A stretch of 64,000 bases of DNA from Deltaproteobacteria bacterium (lineage in GTDB: Bacteria > Desulfobacterota > Desulfuromonadia > Desulfuromonadales > BM103): positions 652 through 64,651 of the forward strand of contig JAJRRB010000039.1 in the NCBI GenBank assembly GCA_024279915.1, read 5' to 3'. Positions 7,104 to 15,454 of this stretch are shown piece after piece. Position 1 is the first letter of the stretch; every line of letters begins with the position of its first letter. The position numbers and the translations under genes were made by a program. The notes under the pieces are model-generated. The model ran no database searches and had not been told where the DNA came from. It saw only the letters and a list, made by a program, of their open reading frames with translations.

Positions 7104-9200
7104 ATGAATCAAGAAGAATCCCAGCTACGAACCGAAGAAGTCCATTTACGCGATTACCTGCACGTGATCAACAAGCGTCGCAGTCTGGTGCTGGCTGTCT
7201 TTGCGGTAATCTTCGTGATGGTGGCTCTCTATACCTTTGCCAGTGTGCCGCTCTATCGTGGTACGACCAAGGTTTTGATTGAGAAGGCGTCTTCTTCGGC
7301 GCTGACAGGGAATTCGCCTTCGCGGATTTATGATCCGGAATTTTATGAGACCCAGTTCCAGTTGATCAAAAGCCGCGCGGTGGCCAAACGGGTGGTGGCA
7401 AGCCACGACCTGGTCGACAATTTCGCCAGTTATCGCGGCGGCAATGACGATGAGGGGCTGTTGTCGAATGTGGCCGGCTGGTTTTCGGCTGCGAAAGAGC
7501 TGATCAAAGGCCTGCTTGGCACGACACAACCGGTGGGTGAAGAGCTGGCGTCGGATCAACTGACAAAGACCGCGGACCTTCTCAACGCGGATATCGAGGT
7601 CAAACCGTTCAAGAACAGCCGCATCGTTACGATCAGCTACCTGGCGCCCACCCCCGAGTTCTCCGCCATGATCGCCAATGCCACCGCCAAGGCGTATATC
7701 CAGGAAACGATGGAGATGAAGCTCGACTCCACCCGGACCACCCTGGAGTGGATGACCAGAAAGGCAACCGAAGAGGGTGTGAAACTGCAAGCGACTGAAC
7801 AGGCGCTGCAGAACTACATGGTGGCCAACGACATCATCACCCTGCAAAACCGCATGTCGGTGACCCCGGAACAGCTTTCCCAGATCAGCACGCAGCTGGT
7901 GATCGCCGAGTCGAAGCGCAAACAGCTTGAGTCTCTCTACACCAAAGTGCGCAGCGTGGCGAATGACCACAAGAAGGCGGAGACGATCCCGGCGATTGTC
8001 GCCGATCCGGCGCTGCAAATGATCCGTGGCCAGATTCTTCAGGCGGAACAGGATCTGCGCGAGCTGTCCAGTACCTACCTGTCCAAACACCCGGGGATGA
8101 AGAAGGCCAAGGCCGATCTCGAAATCCTCTCTGAAAAACGCAATCAGGAGATCACGAGGATTATCGAATCGATTCACAATGAATACGAGTTTGCCATATC
8201 GGATGAAGAGAATCTGCATGCGCAGATGGAACGGACCAAGGCCCAGGCCCAGGGTTTGAGCGAACGTTTCATTCAGTATGGTGCCTTAAAGCGCGAGGTT
8301 GATACCAACCGCACCATGTATGACGCGCTGCTGATGAAGATCAAGGAGCAGAGCATTACCGAGGAGACGCACCCGGTTTCGCTGTGGATCGTCGAAGAAG
8401 CTATTGTTCCTGAAGCCCCGGTCAAGCCGAACAAGAAGAAGAACCTGCTGCTCGGACTGATTGTCGGTTTGATGGCGGGGATCGGCATGGCCTTTTTCGT
8501 CGAATACCTCGACAACACGATCAAGTACCCGGAAGAGACGGAGAAAGCTCTCGGCCTGCCAGTGTTAGGTCTGGTTTCGCTGTGGAAGGAAAAAGATACG
8601 TCGATTGAGCAGGCGGTTGAGAAGTCGCCGCGCAGTGCCGTTGCGGAAAGCTACAAAGCTCTGCGGACCTCGCTGATGCTCGCCTCGGCAGATGGTGCTC
8701 CCGGCAGAATCCTGGTGACCAGCGCCGCGGCCGCGGCAGGTAAGACGACAACCGCCTTAAACCTTGCTTTCGCCCTGGCCCAGGCGGGCAAAAGGGTGCT
8801 TCTGATCGATGCTGATATGCGCAAGCCGCGCATCCACAAAGCCTTGAAGATGACCAACACTAACGGCTTGTCCAACTACCTCTCCGGCGGCAAAAGCAGC
8901 ATCCTGAAAAAAAGTACGCACGAGAATCTCGATGTGATCACCTCGGGGCCGATTCCGCCGAACCCTTCGGAACTGCTCTCTTCTCGCCATATGCAGCAGC
9001 TGCTCGATAGCCTCAGCGCGAACTATGACGTGATCATCTGCGATTCGCCGCCCCTGCTTTCGGTGGCTGATGCGCGGATCATCACCCGGGTTTGCGACGG
9101 CACGATTCTGGTGGTGCGCGCCAAGCAGACGACTTTCGATCTGGCCCGCAAAGCGACCCGACAGCTCACCTCGATAATGCACCGATCCTCGGGATGGTGA
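7104..9200 (+). CDS. Wzc/GumC-like polysaccharide co-polymerase fused to BY-kinase (tyrosine autokinase); reading frame breaks near 9168-9172
   Basis: ATG at 7104. An N-terminal TM segment is followed by a long coiled-coil Wzz-type periplasmic region and a second TM segment. Next come Walker A (SAAAAAGKTTTALNLA), A' (VLLIDADMRKP) and B (DVIICDSPPLL). This frame ends abnormally (..RQLTSIMHRSSGW*). Confidence 0.85.
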   Translation: MNQEESQLRTEEVHLRDYLHVINKRRSLVLAVFAVIFVMVALYTFASVPLYRGTTKVLIEKASSSALTGNSPSRIYDPEFYETQFQLIKSRAVAKRVVASHDLVDNFASYRGGNDDEGLLSNVAGWFSAAKELIKGLLGTTQPVGEELASDQLTKTADLLNADIEVKPFKNSRIVTISYLAPTPEFSAMIANATAKAYIQETMEMKLDSTRTTLEWMTRKATEEGVKLQATEQALQNYMVANDIITLQNRMSVTPEQLSQISTQLVIAESKRKQLESLYTKVRSVANDHKKAETIPAIVADPALQMIRGQILQAEQDLRELSSTYLSKHPGMKKAKADLEILSEKRNQEITRIIESIHNEYEFAISDEENLHAQMERTKAQAQGLSERFIQYGALKREVDTNRTMYDALLMKIKEQSITEETHPVSLWIVEEAIVPEAPVKPNKKKNLLLGLIVGLMAGIGMAFFVEYLDNTIKYPEETEKALGLPVLGLVSLWKEKDTSIEQAVEKSPRSAVAESYKALRTSLMLASADGAPGRILVTSAAAAAGKTTTALNLAFALAQAGKRVLLIDADMRKPRIHKALKMTNTNGLSNYLSGGKSSILKKSTHENLDVITSGPIPPNPSELLSSRHMQQLLDSLSANYDVIICDSPPLLSVADARIITRVCDGTILVVRAKQTTFDLARKATRQLTSIMHRSSGW

Positions 9201-9295
9201 TCAACGCCCTGGATATGAAGAAGAGCGATCATTACTACCAGTATTATTACGGTTCGTACGGAACTTATGGGGAACAGCCTGAAGAAGAAAGCTGA
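9170..9295 (+). other. Out-of-frame C-terminal tail of the BY-kinase (LDNAPILGMVINALDMKK...YYQYYYGSYGTYGEQPEEES), containing the Tyr cluster
   Basis: The frame displaced by one base encodes the conserved xxGxVxN strand and a 7-Tyr C-terminal cluster, the expected autophosphorylation sites. Confidence 0.75.
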
Positions 9296-9474
9296 AAACT
9301 GAAAACTGGAAAAAACCAAAGACTAATTTATCGGCCGCAGATAAAATCTGATAAATTCGGATCATTGCAAAAGCAAAGGCTTTATAGCTTGTAGACATCA
9401 GATGTTATCCGATTGCATCTGCGGCTAAAATTGTTTTTGCTGCTGCCTTTAACTTACTGCTTACAGCTGGGTTT
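9292..9474. repeat. Composite intergenic repeat: CTGAAAA x2-3 heptamers, a TTATCNGCGGC-type inverted pair, then CTTAC(A/T)G heptamers
   Basis: CTGAAAA CTGAAAA CTGGAAA at 9292-9312 (contains the stop of the kinase tail). GGCCGCAGATAAAATCTGAT at 9333-52 is opposed by ATCAGATGTTATCC..TCTGCGGCT at 9397-9426. AACTTAC TGCTTAC AGCTGGG lies just before the phosphatase ATG. Confidence 0.65.
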
Positions 9475-10173
9475 ATGATCGATCTCCACTGCCATATCCT
9501 CTGGGACATCGATGACGGACCAAGTGATTTCGACGGTTCGATGGCGATGGCGCGTCTGGCTGCTGCGGATGGAACTCGCCAGCTGGTCGCGACACCCCAT
9601 GTGCAAGACATGCTGCACTCGCCTGAACTGATCGCTGAGAAGGTTGCACGGCTCAACCAGGCGTTGCGCGATGCCGAAATCGACCTGGAGATCCTTTCTG
9701 GTGGCGACAACCTCTACAACCTGGGTGTTGAGAATCTGGCCCGCTACTCGATTAACGGCACTCGCTACGTGCTGGTGGAATTCCCCCACACCCATCTGCC
9801 GGCCCAGGCTGGCGACACTCTCTTCGCTGCCTTAAATCACGGTCTGGTGCCGATTATCACCCATCCGGAACGCAACCCCTCTATCGTACAGAACCCGAAG
9901 CTGCTCTTCGAACTGGTTGAAAATGGCGCACTGGTGCAACTGACCGCCGATAGCCTGACCGGTGGTTTCGGTCCTGCCGCCAAGGCGTGTGCGCGTTACC
10001 TGTTAAAGAAAAAGATGGTCCATTTTCTCGCCTCGGACGGCCACTCCTCCAAACACCGCCCACCGACCATGTCCGCCGGATTTAAGGCTGCGTCGAAGAT
10101 TGTTGGTAAGGATGCTGCGCGTATGCTGGTGTTTGATAATCCGGCGAAAGTCGTACAGGGGATTGAGCTGTAA
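9475..10173 (+). CDS. PHP-family protein-tyrosine phosphatase (CpsB/CapC/YwqE type)
   Basis: MIDLHCHILWDIDDGP..., ATPH, VLVEFPH, ITHPERN, ASDGHS. This is the metal-binding His/Asp pattern of CpsB-type phosphatases, and the gene is adjacent to the BY-kinase. Confidence 0.9.
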   Translation: MIDLHCHILWDIDDGPSDFDGSMAMARLAAADGTRQLVATPHVQDMLHSPELIAEKVARLNQALRDAEIDLEILSGGDNLYNLGVENLARYSINGTRYVLVEFPHTHLPAQAGDTLFAALNHGLVPIITHPERNPSIVQNPKLLFELVENGALVQLTADSLTGGFGPAAKACARYLLKKKMVHFLASDGHSSKHRPPTMSAGFKAASKIVGKDAARMLVFDNPAKVVQGIEL

Positions 10174-10440
10174 GCTATAAGCTGCAAATCAAAAGCATCC
10201 TCACGCCCGTTCGTTCACTCACTCAGAGTACGCAGAGACTGCAGAGAGGGTATAAAGCTTTATGGTTTTAACCCAAAGAATTAGGTTTTAAGATTTTGAC
10301 TTCTCTGCTGTCTCTGCGTCTCTGCGAGAGTATGCTTTTGATTTGAGTTTATCAGATGTTATCAGATTTTATCCGCGGCTAAATGATTTGTAGTTTTTGA
10401 CCTTTAATACATGAGTTTTACTGGCCGCAGATAATATTTT
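10171..10440. repeat. Composite intergenic repeat including a ~161-nt imperfect palindrome (10185-10345) and a TTATCCGCGGC/GCCGCAGATAA pair
   Basis: TAAGCTA TAAGCTG heptamers contain the stop codon. CAAATCAAAAGCAT (10185-98) is perfectly complementary to ATGCTTTTGATTTG (10332-45). The arms are built from GCAGAGA / TCTCTGC heptamers. TTATCCGCGGC is at 10367-77 and GGCCGCAGATAA at ~10422-33. Confidence 0.7.
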
Positions 10441-10507
10441 TCAGTTGTTTTTACTCCACAAACCCTGCACTATTCTCTCTGGATAACTCACGATTTCAAG
10501 CCCTTAA

Positions 10508-10542
10508 CTTACAGTCTTAAAGCTCTACAGCTTACAGCTTGA
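10508..10542. repeat. Heptamer array CTTACAG TCTTAAA GCTCTAC AGCTTAC AGCTTGA
   Basis: Direct reading. It abuts and overlaps the possible TTG start (10539) of the next ORF. Confidence 0.65.
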
Positions 10543-10547
10543 ATCCT

Positions 10548-12092
10548 ATGCCCTTTTATCTCCTAATATTTACGCTGATTTTTGCCCCACTCGCCTATGG
10601 TACCACCCGGCCGCTCGCCATGACGATCGTGCAGGCAGTGATCCTTTTCGCGTTACTGTGGGTTTGCGTCGACGCGGCCTTAAAGCGGCGCAAGTTCTAT
10701 CGTCCTCCCGGCCTCTTGCCGCTCGGCCTGCTGGGTGGCCTGATGCTGTTGCAGATGATTCCCCTGCCTGCCGGGCTGTTGCAGGTCATCTCGCCGGTGA
10801 CCTGGCAACGCTATATGGACACGGTCTGGCTGCTGCAGCCGGACCTGTGGATGCCGTTGTCGTTCACCCTGCAGCGCACCGTGACAGCTTTTTGCTATTT
10901 CTTTGTCTGTGTGGCCTTTTATATACTCGCCACCCAGTGCCTGGCCGACAGCGCGCGACTGCGCAAGAGTGTGCGGATTGTTACCGTTTTTGCCGGACTC
11001 TACGCCCTGGTCTCGATCCTCGAGGCGTTGCTGCCGAATGGTCGCATCCTCTGGCTGCTGCAACCGTGGCCTGAGTATGCTGGAGAGTCCTTTGGCAGTT
11101 ATATCAACGGCAACCACTTCGCCGGCCTGATGGGTATGCTGTTGCCGCTCGTGGTGATCCTCTTCCTGGTGGACAAACCGCTGGCGCAGTACGGCGGCTG
11201 GAAGGATCGTCTGGTTGATTTCTGCAGCGACCCGCGCCTGGGCGCACATCTGCTGACCGGCTTTGCAGCACTGCTGGTGGCGGCTTCGATCTTTTTATCG
11301 CTCTCACGTGGCGGTATTTTGAGCACCCTCGGCGCCATGCTGGTGCTCTGCCTGTTGCTGGCCTGGCGTAGGCATTACCGCCGGCAGGCCTTGATCCTGA
11401 TTGGTTTCATCGTCATCCTGTTCTTCTTTATCGGTATCTTCGGCTGGACGAATATCTTTGACGCCTTTGCCAGAATCCGTAATCTACAGGGAGATATTGC
11501 CGATGCACGCCTGGTTTTCTGGCGCGACATCCTGACGCTGGTAAAGGATTTCCCTCTTTTCGGGACAGGCTTCGGCAGTTTTGTCGATAGCTACGGTGGT
11601 TACCAGACCATTTTCATGGGTGAGCGTATAGCGGTTTTTCATGCCCATAATGATTACCTGGAGTTGGCTGCTGAGGGCGGCTTAACGGGCCTGCTGCTGG
11701 CTGTCTGGGCCGCTTGGTGCGTACTCCGGCAAAGCTGGAAGGCTTTCGGTCGCCGACGCAAGCCATTTGCTATTACGCTTTACCTCGGTTGCCTGGCCGG
11801 GATCAGCGCGTTACTGTTGCATAGCCTGACCGACTTCAATCTGCATATCGGCGCCAACGGCCTCTATTTTACTTTCCTCGTTGCTCTGCTCGTTGCTGCC
11901 GCTTCCACCAGTTCACGCAGCGGCTCGCACTCGGAGCTGCCAAAAGTATCTCGTGGTCGGGTCAGTTTGGCTTTGCCTCTGATCGTGATCGGGCTGTGCG
12001 GTTCTTTACTCTTTAATGTTGGTGGTCTCGTCGCCGAGGCCACTTTAGTCCCAGTGGTGGGGGCCAACCTTGCCCAGATAGAAAGCCCGTAG
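10548..12092 (+). CDS. O-antigen ligase/polymerase family membrane protein (Wzy_C domain)
   Basis: More than 10 predicted TM helices. The motif HAHNDYLELAAEGGLTGLLL is typical of Wzy_C/O-antigen ligase proteins. ATG at 10548 (the ORF is open from TTG 10539). It ends at TAG 12090-92, in the same frame as the following TPR ORF. Confidence 0.8.
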   Translation: MPFYLLIFTLIFAPLAYGTTRPLAMTIVQAVILFALLWVCVDAALKRRKFYRPPGLLPLGLLGGLMLLQMIPLPAGLLQVISPVTWQRYMDTVWLLQPDLWMPLSFTLQRTVTAFCYFFVCVAFYILATQCLADSARLRKSVRIVTVFAGLYALVSILEALLPNGRILWLLQPWPEYAGESFGSYINGNHFAGLMGMLLPLVVILFLVDKPLAQYGGWKDRLVDFCSDPRLGAHLLTGFAALLVAASIFLSLSRGGILSTLGAMLVLCLLLAWRRHYRRQALILIGFIVILFFFIGIFGWTNIFDAFARIRNLQGDIADARLVFWRDILTLVKDFPLFGTGFGSFVDSYGGYQTIFMGERIAVFHAHNDYLELAAEGGLTGLLLAVWAAWCVLRQSWKAFGRRRKPFAITLYLGCLAGISALLLHSLTDFNLHIGANGLYFTFLVALLVAAASTSSRSGSHSELPKVSRGRVSLALPLIVIGLCGSLLFNVGGLVAEATLVPVVGANLAQIESP

Positions 12093-12098
12093 CGGGAC

Positions 12099-12893
12099 GT
12101 GGTGCTGCAAAGCGCCCGGCAAGCAGCTGTTTGGGCGCCGCTGGATAGCTCAAATCGCTATCTCGAGGCGAAAGTTCTGCAGGCAATGGGACAGGGTGAA
12201 GAGGCCTTTCTGGTCTTTGGTCGTGTTCTGCAATTGCGGCCGATCAATGCACTCTACCTGCAGCGTGCCGCAGGAGCTGCGCAAGATTTGGATAGAAGGG
12301 CACTTGCCGGTTCATTGTTCAAGTCCGGAACTGTTCTCGATCGGGCCGATCCGCGACGGAGCAAGCCTTACGCGCGTTGGCTGATTCGTCAGCAGCAGGA
12401 GGAGCAAGCCTTTGTCGAGATCAAACGGGCCCTGGAACTGGATCCGCGCCAGACCAGAAGCTTTGTTGACCTGATGCTTCTCAACGGTGTGCCATCAATT
12501 ATGATGGCGCAGGCGCTTCCGGAGAGCGCTTATGCCTGGTTGGCTTACGCACATTACCTGGTTGAGGTGAAACGCTTTAGTGCCGCGGAACGCGCTTTTC
12601 GCAAAGCCATGCTGTTGATGCCGAAGGAGGAAAGACCCACTTATCGAGCTCATTGGGCTTATTACAAGTTCCTCGCAAAGCGTGAACGGTTTGAAGAGGC
12701 GGTTGCGGTGATCCAGAAGGGCATTGAGTTGTTTCCCGATCATGTCGGGTTGCACAGCACGGCCGGCCGACTTTATGAACGGCAGCAGATCAATTATCGT
12801 GCTATTGAAGAGTATCGTCAGGCGCTGCTGCTTAATCCGAAGTTGGAGTGGGTGAGGAAGAGGTTGGAGCGGTTGGAGGGAGGACGGTTGTAA
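12099..12893 (+). CDS. TPR-repeat protein
   Basis: 264 aa with repeated A-x3-[FY]-x2-A-[LI]-x-L-x-P patterns (e.g. EEAFLVFGRVLQLRPIN; EQAFVEIKRALELDPRQ; RAIEEYRQALLLNPKL). GTG start, in frame with the upstream ORF across a single TAG. Confidence 0.7.
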   Translation: MVLQSARQAAVWAPLDSSNRYLEAKVLQAMGQGEEAFLVFGRVLQLRPINALYLQRAAGAAQDLDRRALAGSLFKSGTVLDRADPRRSKPYARWLIRQQQEEQAFVEIKRALELDPRQTRSFVDLMLLNGVPSIMMAQALPESAYAWLAYAHYLVEVKRFSAAERAFRKAMLLMPKEERPTYRAHWAYYKFLAKRERFEEAVAVIQKGIELFPDHVGLHSTAGRLYERQQINYRAIEEYRQALLLNPKLEWVRKRLERLEGGRL

Positions 12894-12913
12894 GCTTTAA
12901 GCTGTAGGGTGAA
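12842..12913. repeat. GTTGGAG-type then TAAGCTN-type heptamer arrays spanning the 3' end and stop of the TPR gene
   Basis: GTTGGAG at 12842, 12863 and 12872, then AGCTTTA AGCTGTA GGGTGAA after the stop. The array encodes the tail ..KLEWVRKRLERLEGGRL. Confidence 0.55.
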
Positions 12914-13049
12914 AATGCCAGAAATAGAGTCAAAAACCATAAATAACCCGTGTCCAAAAGTGCGCAACATGCTATAAAAAAATTAATTATAAGGTGCTGG
13001 TTTGCTGTTTTTTCTTACAGCTTACTGTGATCTGCCAAGGAGAGATTTT

Positions 13050-14174
13050 ATGTCAAAAGTCGCATTAATTACCGGCATCACCGGTCAGGACGGCGCGTAT
13101 CTCGCCGAATTTTTGTTGCGGAAGGGTTACATTGTTCACGGCATCAAACGCCGGGCATCTCTGTTTAATACGGATCGCATTGATCACCTTTATCAGGATC
13201 CGCACATTGAGCATCGTAATTTCATTCTTCACTATGGTGATCTGACTGATGCAACTAACCTGATCAGAATTATTCAGGAAGTTCAGCCAGATGAGATCTA
13301 CAATCTGGCGGCAATGTCGCACGTGGCGGTCTCCTTCGATACGCCGGAGTACACCGCCAACACTGACGGGTTAGGCACGCTACGCATTCTTGAGGCGATT
13401 CGTATTCTCGGTCTGGAGAAGAAGACGCGTTTTTATCAGGCATCGCCCTCGGAACTTTACGGTAAGGTTCAGGAGACACCACAGACGGAAACGACGCCAT
13501 TTTACCCGCGTTCACCCTATGGCGTGGCCAAACTCTATGCTTACTGGATTGTTGTCAACTACCGGGAATCATACGGCTATTTCGCTTGTAATGGTATTCT
13601 CTTTAACCATGAGTCACCGATTCGTGGTGAAACTTTTGTCACACATAAGATTACCCGCGCTGTGGCGCGTATGGCGCTCGGATTGCAGGACTGCCTCCAT
13701 TTGGGGAACCTTGATGCTAAGCGCGACTGGGGGCATGCCAGGGATTACGTTGAAGCCCAGTGGTTGATGCTGCAGCAGGATGAGCCGGAGGATTTTGTGA
13801 TTGCCACTGGCAAGCAGTACTCGGTACGTCAGATGGTGGAAACGGCAGCGACGGAACTCGGCATCGGCCTGCGTTGGGAAGGCGAGGGTCAGGACCAAAC
13901 CGGTATAGTTGACGATTTGAGTCAATTCAAAATTGAGAATTCAAAATTGATGACTAATGACATAGTCGTTCGCATCGATCCCAGGTATTTCAGGCCTGCG
14001 GAGGTTGAAACTCTACTTGGTGACCCGACCAAGGCGAAAGAGAAACTTGGCTGGGAACCGAAGGTGACTTTTCAGGAACTGGTGGTCGAGATGGTCAGGG
14101 CTGATTTGGAGTCGGCCAGGAAAGACGAATTGATTAAGGAACATGGTTATCAGACGTTTGATTATCACGAATAA
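13050..14174 (+). CDS. gmd: GDP-mannose 4,6-dehydratase
   Basis: RBS AAGGAGAG plus ATG. Motifs: [72 protein letters not shown]. Confidence 0.95.
   Translation: MSKVALITGITGQDGAYLAEFLLRKGYIVHGIKRRASLFNTDRIDHLYQDPHIEHRNFILHYGDLTDATNLIRIIQEVQPDEIYNLAAMSHVAVSFDTPEYTANTDGLGTLRILEAIRILGLEKKTRFYQASPSELYGKVQETPQTETTPFYPRSPYGVAKLYAYWIVVNYRESYGYFACNGILFNHESPIRGETFVTHKITRAVARMALGLQDCLHLGNLDAKRDWGHARDYVEAQWLMLQQDEPEDFVIATGKQYSVRQMVETAATELGIGLRWEGEGQDQTGIVDDLSQFKIENSKLMTNDIVVRIDPRYFRPAEVETLLGDPTKAKEKLGWEPKVTFQELVVEMVRADLESARKDELIKEHGYQTFDYHE
13926..13960 (+). repeat. Heptamer array TTCAAAA TTGAGAA TTCAAAA TTGATGA CTAATGA inside gmd
   Basis: Direct reading. This is the same unit family as the intergenic arrays at 16953-17068. 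It is translated as ..[14 protein letters not shown].. in the variable loop before DPRYFRP. Confidence 0.8.
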
Positions 14175-14186
14175 CCCCTGGTGCGG

Positions 14187-14302
14187 GGGACGTGGTACGA
14201 GGGACATGGAAATCAAAGGCTGATTAACAGGGATGAAGGGGATGCAGGGGATAAATCAAGGACTTTGTCCCTTAACTATCCCCTTAATCCCCTTCATCCC
14301 TG
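14187..14302. repeat. GGGACGT GGTACGA GGGACAT GGAAATC array followed by a ~75-nt near-perfect hairpin (14228-14302) built of GGGGAT units
   Basis: CAGGGATGAAGGGGAT (14228-43) is the exact complement of ATCCCCTTCATCCCTG (14287-302). The inner pair is AGGGGATA/TATCCCCT (14246-53 / 14278-85). Confidence 0.8.
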
Positions 14303-14348
14303 TGAAATAATGTTACTGTTCACTGCTGAAAGCACTAAGAGGGGAAGC

Positions 14349-15356
14349 GTGGAAAAACAGTCGAAAATATTCGTGGCCGGTTCTGATGGTCTGGTCGGAT
14401 CAGCGATTGTCCGACGTTTGCAGGCTGGTGGTTATACGAACCTGTTAACCCCGGAGATCGATGAGCTGGATTTGGCTGATCCGCAGACCGTTGCCGTGTT
14501 TTTTGCGGCTGAACAGCCGGAATACGTGATTCTGGCGGCTGCCAAGGTGGGTGGCATTCATGCCAACAATACTTACCCGGCTGACTTCATTTACCTCAAT
14601 CTGTCGATCCAGAATACGGTGATTCACCAGGCTTATCTGCACGGTGTTAAGCGCCTGCTCTTCCTCGGTGCTTCGTGCATCTACCCGAAGTGCGCATCGC
14701 AGCCGATGAATGAGGACCACCTGTTGACTGGTCTGCTCGAACCGACCAACGAGCCTTACTCTCTGGCCAAGATTGCCGGTCTGAAGATGTGTGAATCATA
14801 CAATCGTCAATACGGTACGCAGTTCGTAGCGGTGATGCCGACCAATCTTTATGGTCCAGGCGATAACTTCCACCCTGAGAACTCGCACGTTCTTCCCGCA
14901 CTCATCCGCCGCTTTCACGAAGCGAAATTAAGCTCAATTCAAAATTCAAAATTAAGAATTCAAAATTCCCCAGACGAAGTCGTGGTCTGGGGCACCGGGA
15001 CGCCGATGCGTGAGTTCCTTTATGTCGACGATATGGCGGATGGATGCGTGTTTGTGATGGAGCTGGATGATGCCATTTTTGCAAGGGAACTGCTGAACTA
15101 TCCCGAACCATGTTTTGTGAACCTCGGAACCGGCGTTGATGTGACGATCAGGGCGTTGGCGGAAACAATTAAAGAGGTTGTTGGTTACGAAGGTAAACTG
15201 ATTTTTGATGCCACGAAACCGGATGGCACCATGCGTAAACTACTTGATGTCTCGCGGGCGAAAGGTTTGGGCTGGGAGGCGAGGGGTTCGCTTAGGGATG
15301 GGATTGAAAAGACTTATCAGTGGTTTTTGGAGAATCAGGAGTCTTTTAGAAAATAA
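14349..15356 (+). CDS. fcl: GDP-L-fucose synthase (GDP-4-keto-6-deoxy-D-mannose 3,5-epimerase/4-reductase)
   Basis: GTG at 14349 after RBS AAGAGGGGA. Motifs: [76 protein letters not shown]. The ORF is open from 14181, but that part is just translated repeat DNA. Confidence 0.9.
   Translation: MEKQSKIFVAGSDGLVGSAIVRRLQAGGYTNLLTPEIDELDLADPQTVAVFFAAEQPEYVILAAAKVGGIHANNTYPADFIYLNLSIQNTVIHQAYLHGVKRLLFLGASCIYPKCASQPMNEDHLLTGLLEPTNEPYSLAKIAGLKMCESYNRQYGTQFVAVMPTNLYGPGDNFHPENSHVLPALIRRFHEAKLSSIQNSKLRIQNSPDEVVVWGTGTPMREFLYVDDMADGCVFVMELDDAIFARELLNYPEPCFVNLGTGVDVTIRALAETIKEVVGYEGKLIFDATKPDGTMRKLLDVSRAKGLGWEARGSLRDGIEKTYQWFLENQESFRK
14926..14967 (+). repeat. TTCAAAA-family heptamer array inside fcl (TTCAAAA TTCAAAA TTAAGAA TTCAAAA at 14938-14965, with degenerate flanks)
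   Basis: Direct reading. It is translated as ..[15 protein letters not shown].. between the conserved HEA and PDEVVVWG blocks. Confidence 0.8.
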
Positions 15357-15357
15357 T

Positions 15358-15449
15358 GGGACGAGGAACGCGGTACGCGGTACGAGGAAGTCAAGATCGG
15401 TTTTGACTGGTTTCGCGTCCCTCGTCCCGCATCCCTCGTCCCGTTTTTT
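15358..15449 (+). terminator. Long hairpin from two inverted GGGACGA-family heptamer arrays followed by T6; probable terminator/attenuator after fcl
   Basis: GGGACGA GGAACGC GGTACGC GGTACGA (15358-85) opposes GCGTCCC TCGTCCC GCATCCC TCGTCCC (15415-42), followed by GTTTTTT. The outer 9 bp are perfect (GGGACGAGG/CCTCGTCCC). Confidence 0.55.
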
Positions 15450-15454
15450 AAGGA

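Noticed and set aside
7146-8219. 357-aa antisense ORF inside the Wzc-like gene. Similar antisense ORFs lie at 45880-46905 (in glnA), 16238-16951 (in manC), 17642-18268 (in the phosphomannomutase gene), 1534-2016 and 52-597
   Set aside because: The opposite-strand genes have unmistakable conserved motifs. The antisense translations are R/H/L/Q-rich with no recognisable domains, as is typical of GC-rich shadow ORFs.
14181-14348. 56-codon N-terminal extension of fcl suggested by the ORF track
   Set aside because: The extension is the translation of the heptamer array and the 75-nt hairpin. A GTG with a good RBS at 14349 gives the canonical Fcl N-terminus ([14 protein letters not shown]).
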